64,000 nucleotides of DNA from positions 87,854,001-87,918,000 of the forward strand of contig JANJGN010000016.1 in assembly GCA_026770705.1 (NCBI GenBank). The letters run 5' to 3'. A program made the position numbers and the translations under genes. Shown here in pieces: positions 1 to 12,000 of this stretch; within the stretch, counting starts at the first letter, position 1; each line of letters begins with the position of its first letter. A model generated the notes under the pieces. That model searched no databases. It saw only the letters and a program-made list of their open reading frames with translations, and was not told the origin of the DNA. Source of the DNA: Isurus oxyrinchus (Eukaryota).

Positions 1-3000
1 GAAATGCCAGAGGTGGGGGTGTGGGTGATGCCGGGGCTGGGGGCCTGTATTATGCCAGGAGTGCGGAAGTGGGTAATACCAGAGCTGGGGGTGTGGGTGA
101 TGCCGGTGGTGGTGGTTGGGTGACGCCACGCGTGGGGTTTGGCTGATGCCGGGGGTGGGGGTGAGGGACCCATGGGTGAGGGGTTGGGTGAAACTGGGGG
201 TGAGGGAGTGGGTAATGCCGGAGGTGAGGGGCTGGGAGATACCGGGGATGGGGGAGTGGGTGATGCTGGGCATGTGGGGATGGTGATGCCGGGGTAGGGG
301 TTGTGGGTGATGCCAGGAGTTGGATTGGGGTTTGTGGGTGATGCCGGGGGTGGTGGTGTGGGTGATGCCAGCAGTGGGTGGTGCCATTGTTGGCAGTTTG
401 GGTGTTGCTGGGAGTGGGGTTGGTGGGTGATGGCGGGTTAGTGGGATGGGTGATGCCCGGAGTGGGGTGTATGGGTGATACCACTGTTGGCAGCGTAGGT
501 GTTGCTGGGGGTGAGGTGGGACGTGATACCGGGAGTGGGGGTGCTGGGTGATGCCGGGGTTGGGCAAGTGGGTGATGCTGGGGGTGGGGGAATAGGTGAA
601 GTTGGGTGTGGGGGGGGTTGGCTGGTGCCGGTGGTGAGGGGGTGGGTGATGCCGGGAGTTAGAGGGAGTGTGATGTCTGGGGTAGGGGGAGGGTAATGCT
701 GGGGCTGGGTGATGGCAGGGTTGGTGGAGTGGTTGTTGTTGGCAGTAAGGGGGTGGGTGATGCTGGAGGTGGGGGTGGGGGTGGTAGGTGATGCTGGGGG
801 TGGGTGTTGCTGGCGGTGAGGGTGTGGGTGATGCTAGGGGTGATGCCGGGGGTGGGTGTTGGCACGGTTGGAGGGGTGGGTGATTCTGGGGGTGGGGGTG
901 GGGGGGGTGGATGATGCCGGGTGTGGGAGACGTGTGATGCTGGGGAGGTGGTTTGTTGCGTGAAGCCGCGGTTGGGGGTAGTTCGTGTTGCCGGGGGTGA
1001 TGGGTGTGTGTGATGCCGGGTGTGGGTGATGACGGGGCTTGGGGGGGTTGGTGATGCCTGGGGTGGTGGGGTGGCTGATGCCCGGAGTGGGGGCAGTGGG
1101 TGATGCCAGTGTTGGGGTTGGGATGGTGAGTAATGTCATTGGTGGGGGCATGGGTGATGCAGGGGGTGAGGGGGAGTGTGATGCCGGGGGCAGGGGTGTG
1201 GGTGATGGCGGTGGTCGGGGTATGGGAGATGGAGGGGATGGGGCGGTGGGTGATGCCGGGGTTTTGTGGGGTGGCTGATGCCGGGAGTGAGGTTGTGGGT
1301 GATGCCGGAGTTAGGGGTTGGGTGATGCCATGGGTTGGGGGGTGGGTGTTGCAGGGGGTGGGGGGGGTGGGTGGGTGATGCCATGGGTGGGGGCGTGGGT
1401 GATGCTGGGGATGGGGGGGTGGGTGATGCCGGTGGTAGCATGATGGTTGATGCCGGAGTTGAGGGGGTGGGTGATGCCGGGGGGTGGAGTGCGTTGGTGA
1501 TGCCGGTAGTGGGGGAGTGGGTGTTGCCGGGGATGGGGTGTGTGTGATGCCAGGTGTGACGTGATGGGTGTTGCCGGGGTTGAGGGGGTGGGTGATGCCG
1601 GGGGTGGAGGTGTTGAGTGATGCCGGGGGTGGGGTATAGTTGATATCAGGGGTTGGTGGGGGTTGTTGCCGGGGCTGAGGGGGTGGGTTATGCCGGGGTG
1701 ATGGGCGTGGCTGATGCCTGGGGTAGGGGAGCGGGTGATGCCGGTGTTGGGATAGTGGGTGATGCTGGGGATGGGGGAATAGATGATGCCAGGGGTGGGG
1801 GCGTGGGTGATGCAGGGGGTGAGGGGATGTGTGATGCCGGGGTTGTGGGCATGGGTGACGCCTGGGGTAGGGGGTGAATGATGCCGGGTTTCGGGGTTGG
1901 TTGGTGCCTGGGATGGGGGCCTGGGTGATGCCGGGTGTGGGGATGTGAGTAATGCCAGAGGTGGGATTGTGGGTGATGCCGGTGGTGGGGGTTGGGTGAT
2001 GCCGCGGGTGGGGATTGACTGATGTCGGGGGTGGAATGAGGGACCCATGGGTGGGGGTTTGAGTGATGCTGGGAGTCAGGGATTGGGTGATGCCGTGGTT
2101 AGGGGCGTGAGTGATGCCATGGGTGGGAGGGTGGGTGATGCTGGGGATGGGAGGGTGGGTGATGCCGGGGTTGAGGGAGTGGGTGATGCCGAGGGTGGAG
2201 GGAGTTGGTGATGCCGGGGATGGGGGAGTGGCTGATGCCTGGGGTGGACGAGTGTTTGATGCCAGGTGTGGGAACGTGGGTGATGCCGGTGGTGGGGGGT
2301 GTGGTTGATGCCGGGGGTGATGTGATTGGTGATGCTGGGGTTGAGGTGGTGGGTGATGCCGGAGGTGGAGGGGTTGGGTGATGCCAGGGCTGGGGGAATA
2401 GATGATGTCGGGCGTGGGGGGGTTTGGTGGTACCAGGGGTGAGGGGCTGTGTGATGCCGGGGTTGGAGATGTGTGTGATGCGGGGGGCTGGGGATGTAGG
2501 TAATGCCAGGGTTGGGGGGTGGGTGATGCCGGGGTTGGGGTGGGGGTTGTGGGTGATGTCGGGAGTGGTGGGGTGGGTTAGCCAGGAGTGGGGTGGATTT
2601 TGATGCCAATGTTGGGGGTGTGGGTGTTGCTGGGGGTGAGGGGCTGTGTGATGCCGGGGTTGGGAGTGATAGGTGATGCCAGGTGTAGGGGGGGTGTGGG
2701 TGATGCAGGAGTTGGGGAGTTGGTGATGCCGGTTAGATTGGGTGTTTGGTGAAGCCAGGGCTGAGGAGGTGTGTGATATTGGGGGTGGGGGTGGTGGGTT
2801 TTGCCTGGAGTGGGAGGGTGGGTGATGCTGGGGGTGGGTGGGTTGGGGGGGGGTTGGTGATGCCAGTGCTGGGGGGGTGGTGATGCTGGGGGTGGGGGGA
2901 GTGGTGATGCTGGTTATGGGGCGGTGGGTGGTGCTGGGGTGATGGGCGTGGGTGACTACTGGGGTAGGGGGTGGGTGATGCTGGGTGCCGGGGGGTGGTT

Positions 3001-6000
3001 TATGCCTGGGATGGGGGCCTGGGTGATGCCGGGGGTCGGGGAGTGGGTAATGCCAGATTTGGGGCTGAGGGTGATGCCGGTGCTGGGGGTTGGGTGATCC
3101 CGGGGGTGGGGTTTGGCTGATGCCTGGGGTCGGGTGGTGGGTGATGCCGCGGGTGGGGCTTGGCTGATGCCGGGGTTGGGGGATGAGGGACCCATGGGTG
3201 GGAGCATGGGTGATGTTGGCGGTGAGGGAGTGGGTAATGCCGGAGGTGGTGGGCTGGGTGATGCCGGGGGTGAGGGAGGGGTTGAAGCCGGGCGTGAGGG
3301 GCTGGTGCTGCAGGGATAGGTGGTGTGGGTGATGCCAAGAGTGGGGATGGGAGTTGTGGGTGATGCCGGGGGTGGTGGTGTGGGTGATGCCAGGAGTGGT
3401 TGATGCCAATGTTGGCGGTGTGGGTGTTACTGGGGGAGGGCACGGTGGGTGATGCCGGGGTGGTGGTGTGGGTAATGCCCAGTGTAGGGGCTGTGGATGA
3501 TGCCAGAGTTAGGGGTGTGGGCATTGCTGGGGGTGAGGGGAAAGGTGATGCCGGGGTTGGGAAGCTGGTTGATGCCGGGGGTGTGGTTGTGGGTGATGCC
3601 GGTTGTTTGTGGTGGTGGGTGATGCCTGGGTTGGGGGTTGGGTGATGCTGGGGGTGGGGGGGTTGGTTATGTTGGGGGTGGGAGCATGGGTGATGCCGTG
3701 TCTGGATGGGGGTGGGTATTGCCGGTGGTGGGGGGGGGGGTGGGAGGCGCAGGGGGTGGGGTGGTGGCTGATGCCAGGGGTGAGGGGGTGGGTGATGCTG
3801 GAGTTAGGGGGGTGGTTGATGGCTGGGATGGGAGCCTGGGTTATGCCGGGGGTGGGGGAATGGGTATTGACAGAGCTGGGCGTGTGGGTGTTGCCGGTGG
3901 TGGTGGTTGGGTGATGCCGGGGGTGGGGGTTGGCTGATGCCAGGGGTGGGGTAGTGGGTGACGCCGCGCGTGGGGTTTGGCTGATGCCGGGAGTGGGGGT
4001 GAGGGACCCATGGGTATGGGGGTTGGGTGACACTGAGGATGAGGGAGTGGGTAATGCCGCATGTGGGGGGCTGGGAGATGCCAGGGGTGGGGGAGAGGAT
4101 GATGCCGGGCGTGTGGGGGTGGTGATGCCGGGCTAGGGATTGTGGGTGATGCTGGGAGTTGGGGTGGGGATGGTGGGTGATGCCAGGGGTGGTGATGCTA
4201 GTGTTGGCGGTGTGGGTGTTGCTGGGGGTGGTGGGGTGGGTGATACCCGGAGTGGGGGATGTGGGTGATGCCAGGGTTGGGGATGTGGATAATGCCAGGG
4301 GTGGGGGAATCGGTGATGTTGGGTGTGGGGGGGGTTGTCTGGTGCCGGGGGTGAGGGGGTGGGTGATGCCTGGGGTAGGGGATGGGTGATGCGGGGGGTG
4401 GGATGGTGGTCCATGCCGAGGTTGGGGGAATAAGTGATGCCAGGTTTGTGGGCGTGGGTGACGCCTGAGGTAGGGGGTGGGTGATGCCAGTGGTTGGGTG
4501 GGTGGTTGATGCCTGGGATGGGGGCCTGGGTGATGCTGGGGGTCAGGGAGTGAGTAATGCCAAAGGTGGGGGTGTTGGTGATGCTGGTGCTGGGTGTTGG
4601 GTGATACTGCACGTGGCGGTTGGCTGATGCTGGGGGTGGGGGATGAGGGCCCATGGGTGGGGGGGTTGGTGGATGCTGGGTGTGAGGGAGTGGGTAATGC
4701 CGGAGGTGGTGGTTCTGGGTGATGCCGGGGGTGGGGGAGTGGGTGATGCCGGGGTAGGGGGTAGTGGGTGATGCCATGAGTGGGGGTGGGGGTTGTGGGT
4801 GATGCCGGGGGTGGTTGATGCCAGTGTTGGTTGTGTGGGTGTTGCTGGGGGTGAGGGGGCAGGTGATACCAGGGTTAGGGGTGGGGGTGATGCCGGTGGT
4901 TCGTGGGGTGGGTGTTGCCGTTGTTGGGGAAGTGGAAGATGCCGGGTGTGGGGGTTGGTTGATGCCGGGGCTGGGGTGTGGGTGATGCTGGGGGTGTGGG
5001 TGAGTGTGATGCCTGGGGTAGGGGGGTGGGTGATGCCAGGGTTGTGGGTTGGGTGATTCCAGGTGTGGGAAGGTGGGTGATGCCATGGGTGGGGGGGTGG
5101 GTGATGCTGGGGGTGGAGGAATAGGTGATGTCGGGGGGCGGGGGTTTGGTGGTGCCGTGGGTGAGGGGGTGGATGATGCCTGGGGTAGGGGAGTGTTTGA
5201 TGCTGGGGTTGGAATGGTGGGTGATGCCGGGGTGGGGGAATAGGTAATGCTGGGGATGGGGCGGGGGGGGTGGGTGATGCCAGTGGTGAGGGGGTGTGTG
5301 ATGCCGGGGTTGTGGGAGTGGGTGACGCCTGGGGTAGTGGGTGGGTGATGCCGGGGGTGGGGGGGTGGTTGATGCCTGGGATGGGGGCCTGGGTGATGCC
5401 GGGGGTGCGGAAGTGGGAACTGCCAGAGGTGGGAGTGTTGATGATGCCGGTGGTGGGGGTTGGGTGATGCCACGGGTGGGTATTGGCTGATACTGGGGGA
5501 GGGGGTGAGGGACCCATGGTTGGGGTTGGGTGATGCTGGGGGTGAAGGAGTGGGTAATGCTGGATGTGGGGGTTTGGGTTAAGTCAGTGTTGGCGGAGTG
5601 GGTGATGCCGGGCGTGAAGTGGTGGTGATGCCGGTGTGGGGGTGTGTGTGATGCTGGGAGTGGTGGTGGCGGTTTTGGGTGTTGCCGGGGGTGGTGGGGT
5701 GGGTGATGCTGGGAGTGGATGATGCCAGTGTTGGCGGTGTGGGTTTTGATGGGGATGGGGTTGGTGGGAGTTGCCATGGGTTAGGGGGTGTGTAATGCCG
5801 GGGATGGGTGATGCCAGGGGTGGGGGCTGTGTGATGCTGGGTGTGGGGTTGGTTGATGCCGGAGATGGGCGGGTGGATGATGGTGGGGGTGAGGTGGGGT
5901 GGATGATTCCGGGGGGCGGTAGGGGGTGGGTAATGCCGGGGCAGGGTGATAGCAGGGTTGGTGGTGTCGGCGTTGCTGGCGGTGAGGGGGTGGGTGATGC

Positions 6001-9000
6001 TGGGTGTGGGTGGGGGGGGGGTGGTGATGCCAGGGGTGAGGGGGTGGTGATATCGGGGGTGAGAGGGTGGGTGATGCCAAGGGTGGGTGGGGTTGATGCT
6101 GTGAGTGAGGGTGTGGGTGATGCCGGGGAGGTGGGGTGTTGGGTGAAGCCAGGGGTTGGGAGTTGTGTGATGCCGGGGGTGGGTGATGCTGGGTGTGGGG
6201 CAATGGCGAGTGTGGAGGGGTGGGTGATGCCGGCGGTGGGGGATGTGGGTGATGCTGGGGGTGGGGGGAGTGGTGGTGATGCCAGGGGTGAGGGGGTGGT
6301 GATATCGGGGGTGAGAGGGTGGGTGATGCCAAGGGTGGGTGAGGTTGATGCTGGGGGTGAAGGAGTGGGTAATGCCGGATGTGGGGGTTTGGGTGAAGTC
6401 AGTGTTGGCGGAATGGGTGATGCCGGTCGTGAAGTGGTGGTGATGCCGGTGTAGGGGGTGTGTGTGATGCTGGGAGTGGTGGTGGCGGTTTTGGGTGTTG
6501 CCGGGGGTGGTGGGGTGGGTGATGCTGGGAGTGGATGATGCCAGTGTTGGCGGTGTGGGTTTTGATAGGGATGGGGTTGGTGGGAGTTGCCATGGGTTAG
6601 GGGGTGTGTAATGCCGGGGATGGGTGATGCCAGGGATGGGCAGGTGGATGATGGCGGGGGTGGGGTGGGGTGGATGATTCCGGGGGGCGGTAGGGGGTGG
6701 GTAATGCCGGGGCAGGGTGATAGCAGGGTTGGTGGTGTCGGCGTTGCTGGCGGTGAGGGGGTGGGTGATGCTGGGCATGGGTGGGGGTGGGGGTGGTGAT
6801 GACAGGGGTGAGGGGGTGGTGATATTTGGGGTGGAGGTGGTGGGTGTTGCCTGGGGTGAGGGGGTGGGTGATGCTGGGGGTGGCTGATGCCGGGGGTTGG
6901 GAGTGTTGGTGAGGCCAGAGTTTGTAGGGTGAGTGATGCCGGGGGTGGGGGGAGTGGTGATGCTGGGTATGGGGGGGGTGGGTAATGCCGGTGGTGAGGG
7001 GGTGGGTGATGCCGGGGGTTGGGGGGGTTAGTGATTCAGGGGGTGGGGCGATGATTCATGCCATGGATGGGGGAGTGGGTGATTCCGTTGGTGGTGGGGG
7101 CAGGTGATGCCGGAGTTGGGGGGGGGTGGTGGTATCATGGGTGAGATGGTGGATGATGCCGTGGGTGGGGGGGTTGATGCCTGGGGTTGGAGTGGGGCGC
7201 TGATGCCGAGGATGATTGGGTGGGTGATGCCTGGTATGGGGGGTTGGGTAATGTCGGGGGTGGGTGATGGCAGGATTGGGGGGGCTGGGTGATGCTGGGG
7301 GTGGGGGTGGGGTGGATGACGCCGGAAGTGAGGGGTGGGTGGTGACAGTGGTTGGGATGTTGGGTGAAGCCAGGGGTGAGGGCTTGTGTGATGCCGGGGG
7401 TGGTGGTAGTTGGTGTTGCCAGGGGTGGGGGTGTGGGCGATGCTGGGTTTGAGTGATGCCGGGGATTGGGGGGGTTGGTGATGCCGGGGGTGGGGCGATG
7501 AGTCATGCCTGTTCGTGGGGAGTTGGTGATGCCTGGGGTGGAGGGGTGGGTGATGCTGGGGGTGGGGGATGCTGGGGGTTGGGGGGCGTTGGTGAATTTG
7601 GGTATGGGGGGGTGGATAATGCCGGTCGTGAGGGGATGGATGATGCGGGGGTTTGGGGGAGTTAGTGATTCCGGGGCTGGGGCGATGGTTCATGCCATGG
7701 GTGGGGGTTGGGTGCTTCCGGCGGTGGGGGGGTGGTGTGCGGATGATGCTGGAGTTGGGGGGGGTGGTGATGTCGATGGTGATGGGATGGGTGATGCCAA
7801 GTATGGGGGGTGGGTAATGTCGGGGGTGGGTGATGGCAGGGTTGGGGGGGATGTGTGATGCTAGGGGTGTGGATGGGGTGGATGACGCCGGGAGTGGGGG
7901 GTGGGTGATGCCGGGGTTGGGATGTTGGGTGAAGCCAGGGGTGACGGGGTGTGTGATGCCGGGGGTGGTGGTAGTTGCTGTTGCCGGGGGTGGGGGTGTG
8001 GGTGATGCCGGGGGTGGGTGATGCCGGGGATTGAGGAGTTTGGTGATGCCGGGGGTGGGGCGATGGGTCATGACTGTGCGTGGGGGAGGGTTGGTGATGC
8101 CGGCGGTGGGGGGGTTGGGTGATGCCGCGGATGGGGGTTTGGTGATGCCTGGGGTGAGGAGGTGGGTGATGCCGGGGTGGTAGGGTGGGTGATTCCAGGA
8201 GTGAGAGGGTGGGTGATGCCGGGCTGGAGGTTTGACTGATGCCAGGGTTGAGGGTGTGGGTGATGCCGGGGGTGGGGTTGTGGGTGGTGCTAGGGCTGGG
8301 GATTGTGTGATGCCGGGGGTGGGGTGGGTATTGTGGGTGATGCCGGTGGTGGTGGGGTGAGTGATGCCGGGGTTGGGGGGGTGGGTGATGCCGGGGTTGG
8401 GGGTGGGTGTTGTGGGTGATGCCGGTGGTGGTGGGGTGAGTGATGCCAGGGTTGGGGGGGTGGGTGATGCCGGGTTTGGGTGTGGTGATTGTTGCCATGG
8501 GTTAGGGGGTGTGTAATGCTGGGGGTGGGTGATTCCAGGGTTGGGAGTTGGGTGATGCCTGGTGTAAGTGGTTGGTTGATGCCGGGAATTGGGGGGGCGG
8601 GGTGCATGGTAGCGGTTTGGTGGGGGTGTGGTGCCGGAGATGCGGCCGTGGGGCATTCCAGGTGTAGCATGATGGGTGATGCCGGAGGAAGGGGGCTGTG
8701 TGATGCCGGGTGTGGGGTTGGTTGATGCCGGAGATGAGCGGGTGGATGTTGGCGGGTGTGGGGTGGGGTGGATGATTCCAGGGAGTAATGCCGGGTCAGG
8801 GTGATGGCAGGGTTGGTGGTGTCGGTGTTGCTGGTGGTGAAGGGGTGGGTGATGCTCGTTGTGCGGGTGGTGAGTGATGCTGGGAGTGGGTGTTGGCAGG
8901 GTTGGAGGGGCGGTTGATGATGGGTTTGGGTGGGGGGGGTGGATGACACGGGGAGTGGGAGGGTGTGTGTTGCTGGGGAGGTGGGGTGTTGGGTGAAGCC

Positions 9001-12000
9001 AGGGGTTGGGGGGTGTGTGATGCCGGGGGTGGCTGATGCCGGTGACTGGAGGGTTTGTTGATGCCGGGGGTTGGTGATGCCGGGGGTGGGGCGATGGGTA
9101 ATGGTGAGGGTGGAGGGGTGGGTGATGCTGGCGATGGGGGACGTGGGTGATGCCGAGGGTGGGAGGGGAGGTAATGGCAGGGGTGAGGGTGGTAGGGTGG
9201 GTGATTCCGGGAGTGAGAGAGTGGGTGATGCCGCGCTGGAGGTTTGAGTGATGCCGGGGTTGAGGGTGTGGGTGATGCCGGGGGTGGGGTTGTGGGTGGT
9301 GCTAGGGGTGGGGATGTGGTGATGCCGGGGGTGGGGGTGGGTTTTGTGGGTGATGCCAGGGGTGAGGGGGTGGGTGATGCCAGGGTTGGTGGTGTGGGTG
9401 ATGCCGGGGATGGGGGCAGATGGTGATGCCTGGGATGGTGGTGTGGGTGATGCCGGGGGTGGGGGGTTTGGTGATGCCGGGGTTGGGGGGTGGGGTTTTT
9501 GGGTGATGCCGGAGGTGGTGGGGTGGCTGTGTGATGCCGGGGTTGGGGGCTGGTTGGGTGATGCCGGGGTTGGTGGTGTGGGTGATGCCGGGGGTGGGGG
9601 TGTTGTTGATGCCGAGGTTGAGGGTGGGGGGTTGTGGGTGATGCCGGGCGTGGGGGGTTGGGTGATTCCAATGTTGGGGTTGTGGGTGTTGCTGGGGGTG
9701 AGTGGGTATGTGATGCCGGGGGTAGGGGGGTTGTGTGAGGCCGGGGGTGTGTGATGCCACGGTTGAGTGGTGGGTGATGCGGGGGTGGGGGAGTGAGTGA
9801 TGCCGCTGGTGTGTTTGGTGAAGCCAGGGGTGAGGAGATGTGTGATATTTGGGGTGGAGGTGGTGGGTGTTGCCTGTGGTGGGGGGGTGGGTGATGCTGG
9901 GCGTGGCTGATGCCGGGGGTTGGGGGTGTTGGTGATGCCAGAGTTTGTAGGGTGAGTGATGCCGGGGGTGGGGGGAGTGGTGATGCTGGGTATGGGGGGA
10001 GTGGGTAATGCCGGTGGTGAGGGGGTGGGTGATGCCGGGTGTTGGGGCGCTAGTGATTCAGGGGGTGGGGCGACAATTCATGCCATGGATGGGGGAGTGG
10101 GTGATTCCGTTGGTGGTGGGGGCAGGTGATGCCGGAGTTGGGGGGGGTGGTGGTATCATGGGTGAGATGGTGGATGATGCCGTGGGTGGGGGGGTTGATG
10201 CCTGGGGTTGGAGTGGGGCGCTGATGCCGAGGATGATTGGGTGGGTGATGCCTGGTATGGGGGGTTGGGTAATGTCGGGGGTGGGTGATGGCAGGATTGA
10301 GGGGGCTGGGTGATGCTGGGGGTGGGGGTGGGGTGGATGACGCCGGAAGTGAGGGGTGGGTGGTGACAGTGGTTGGGATGTTGGGTGAAGCCAGGGGTGA
10401 GGGCTTGTGTGATGCCGGGGGTGGTGGTAGTTGGTGTTGCCAGGGGTGGGGGTGTGGACGATGCTGGGTTTGAGTGATGCCGGGGATTGGGGGGGTTGGT
10501 GATGCCGGGGGTGGGGCGATGAGTCATGCCTGTTCGTGGGGAGTTGGTGATGCCTGCGGTGGGAGGGTTGGATGATGCCAGCGGTTGGGGGGGGGGGGGG
10601 TCGTGGTGTCGGGGGTGAGAGGTTGGGTGATGCCGGGGGTGAGGTATTCGGTGATGCCATGGGTGGTAGGGTGCGTGATTCTGGGAGTGAGAGGGTGGAT
10701 GATGCCGGGCTGAAGGTTTGAGTGATGCTGGGGTTGAAGGTGTGGGTGATGCCGGGTTTGGGGTTGTGGGTGGTGCTGGGGGTGTGGATGTTGTGATGCC
10801 TGGGTTGGGGATGGGTGTTGTGGGTGATGCCGGGGTTGGAGGGGTGGGTGATGCCAGGGTTGGGGGTGGGGTTTGTGGGTGATGCCGGGCATGCGGAGTG
10901 GGTGATGCTAATTTTGGGGGTGTAGTTCTTGCTGGGAGTGAGGGGGTGTGTGATGCTAGTGTTGGGGGTAGTTGGTGTTGCCTGGGGTGGAGGTGTGAGT
11001 GATGCCAGGGGTGAATGGTGCCAGGGATTGTTGGGGTTGGTGATACCGGGGGTGGGGCGATGGGTCATGCCGGGGTTGGGGGAGTAGGTGATGTCAGCAG
11101 TGGGGGGCGGTGATGCTGGGGGTAAAGGGTTGTCTGATACCGGGGGTGAGGGTGTGGGTGATGCCGGGGGTTGGAATGGGGAGGTGATGTCGGAGTTGAG
11201 GTTGTGGGTGATGCCAGGGGTATGGGGGGGGAGGGTATTGTCGGGGGTGAGGGGTTGGGTGCTACCGGGGGTGAAGTGGTGGGTGATGCCGGGAGTGGTG
11301 GTGTGTGTGATGCCGGGGTGAGGGTGTGGGTGATGCCGGGGGTGGGGGCGTGGGTGATGCTGGGGGAGGATGTGTGGGTGATGCTGGGTTTGGGTGGGTG
11401 GGTGATGCTGGGCTGCGGGTGGGTGTTGTGGGTGATGCCGGGGGTGTTGGGGTGGGTGATGCCTGGAGTTGGGGGGTGGGTGATGCCAATATTGGGGGTG
11501 TAGTTGTTGCTGGGAGTGAGGGGTGGGTGTTGCCGGGGTTCGGGGTGATAGGTGATGTCGGGGGTAGGGGTGCTGGGTGATGCCAGGGGTCGGCGATGCC
11601 ACGGTTGGGGGTTGGGTGATGCTGGGGATGGGGGGTGGGTGATGCTGGGAGTGGGGGAGTTGGTGATGCCGGTGGGGTGGTGTGTTTGGTGATGCCAGGC
11701 ATGAGAAGGTGTGTGATGTTGGGCATGGGTGTGGTGGGTGTTGCCTGGGGTGAGGGGGTGGGTGGTGCCATGTTTGGATGGGTGGTTGATGTCAGGGATT
11801 GGGGGGGCGGTTGGGTGATGCCAAGGTTGAGGGGTTGGGTGATGCCGGCGGTAGGGGGTGGGTAATGCCAGGTCAGGGTGATGGCAGGGTTGGTGGTGTC
11901 GGTGTTGCTGGCTGTGAGGGGGTGGGTGATGCTGGGTGTGGGGATGGTGGGTGATGCCGGGGGTGGGTGTTGGCAGGGTTGGAGGGGTGGGTGATGATGG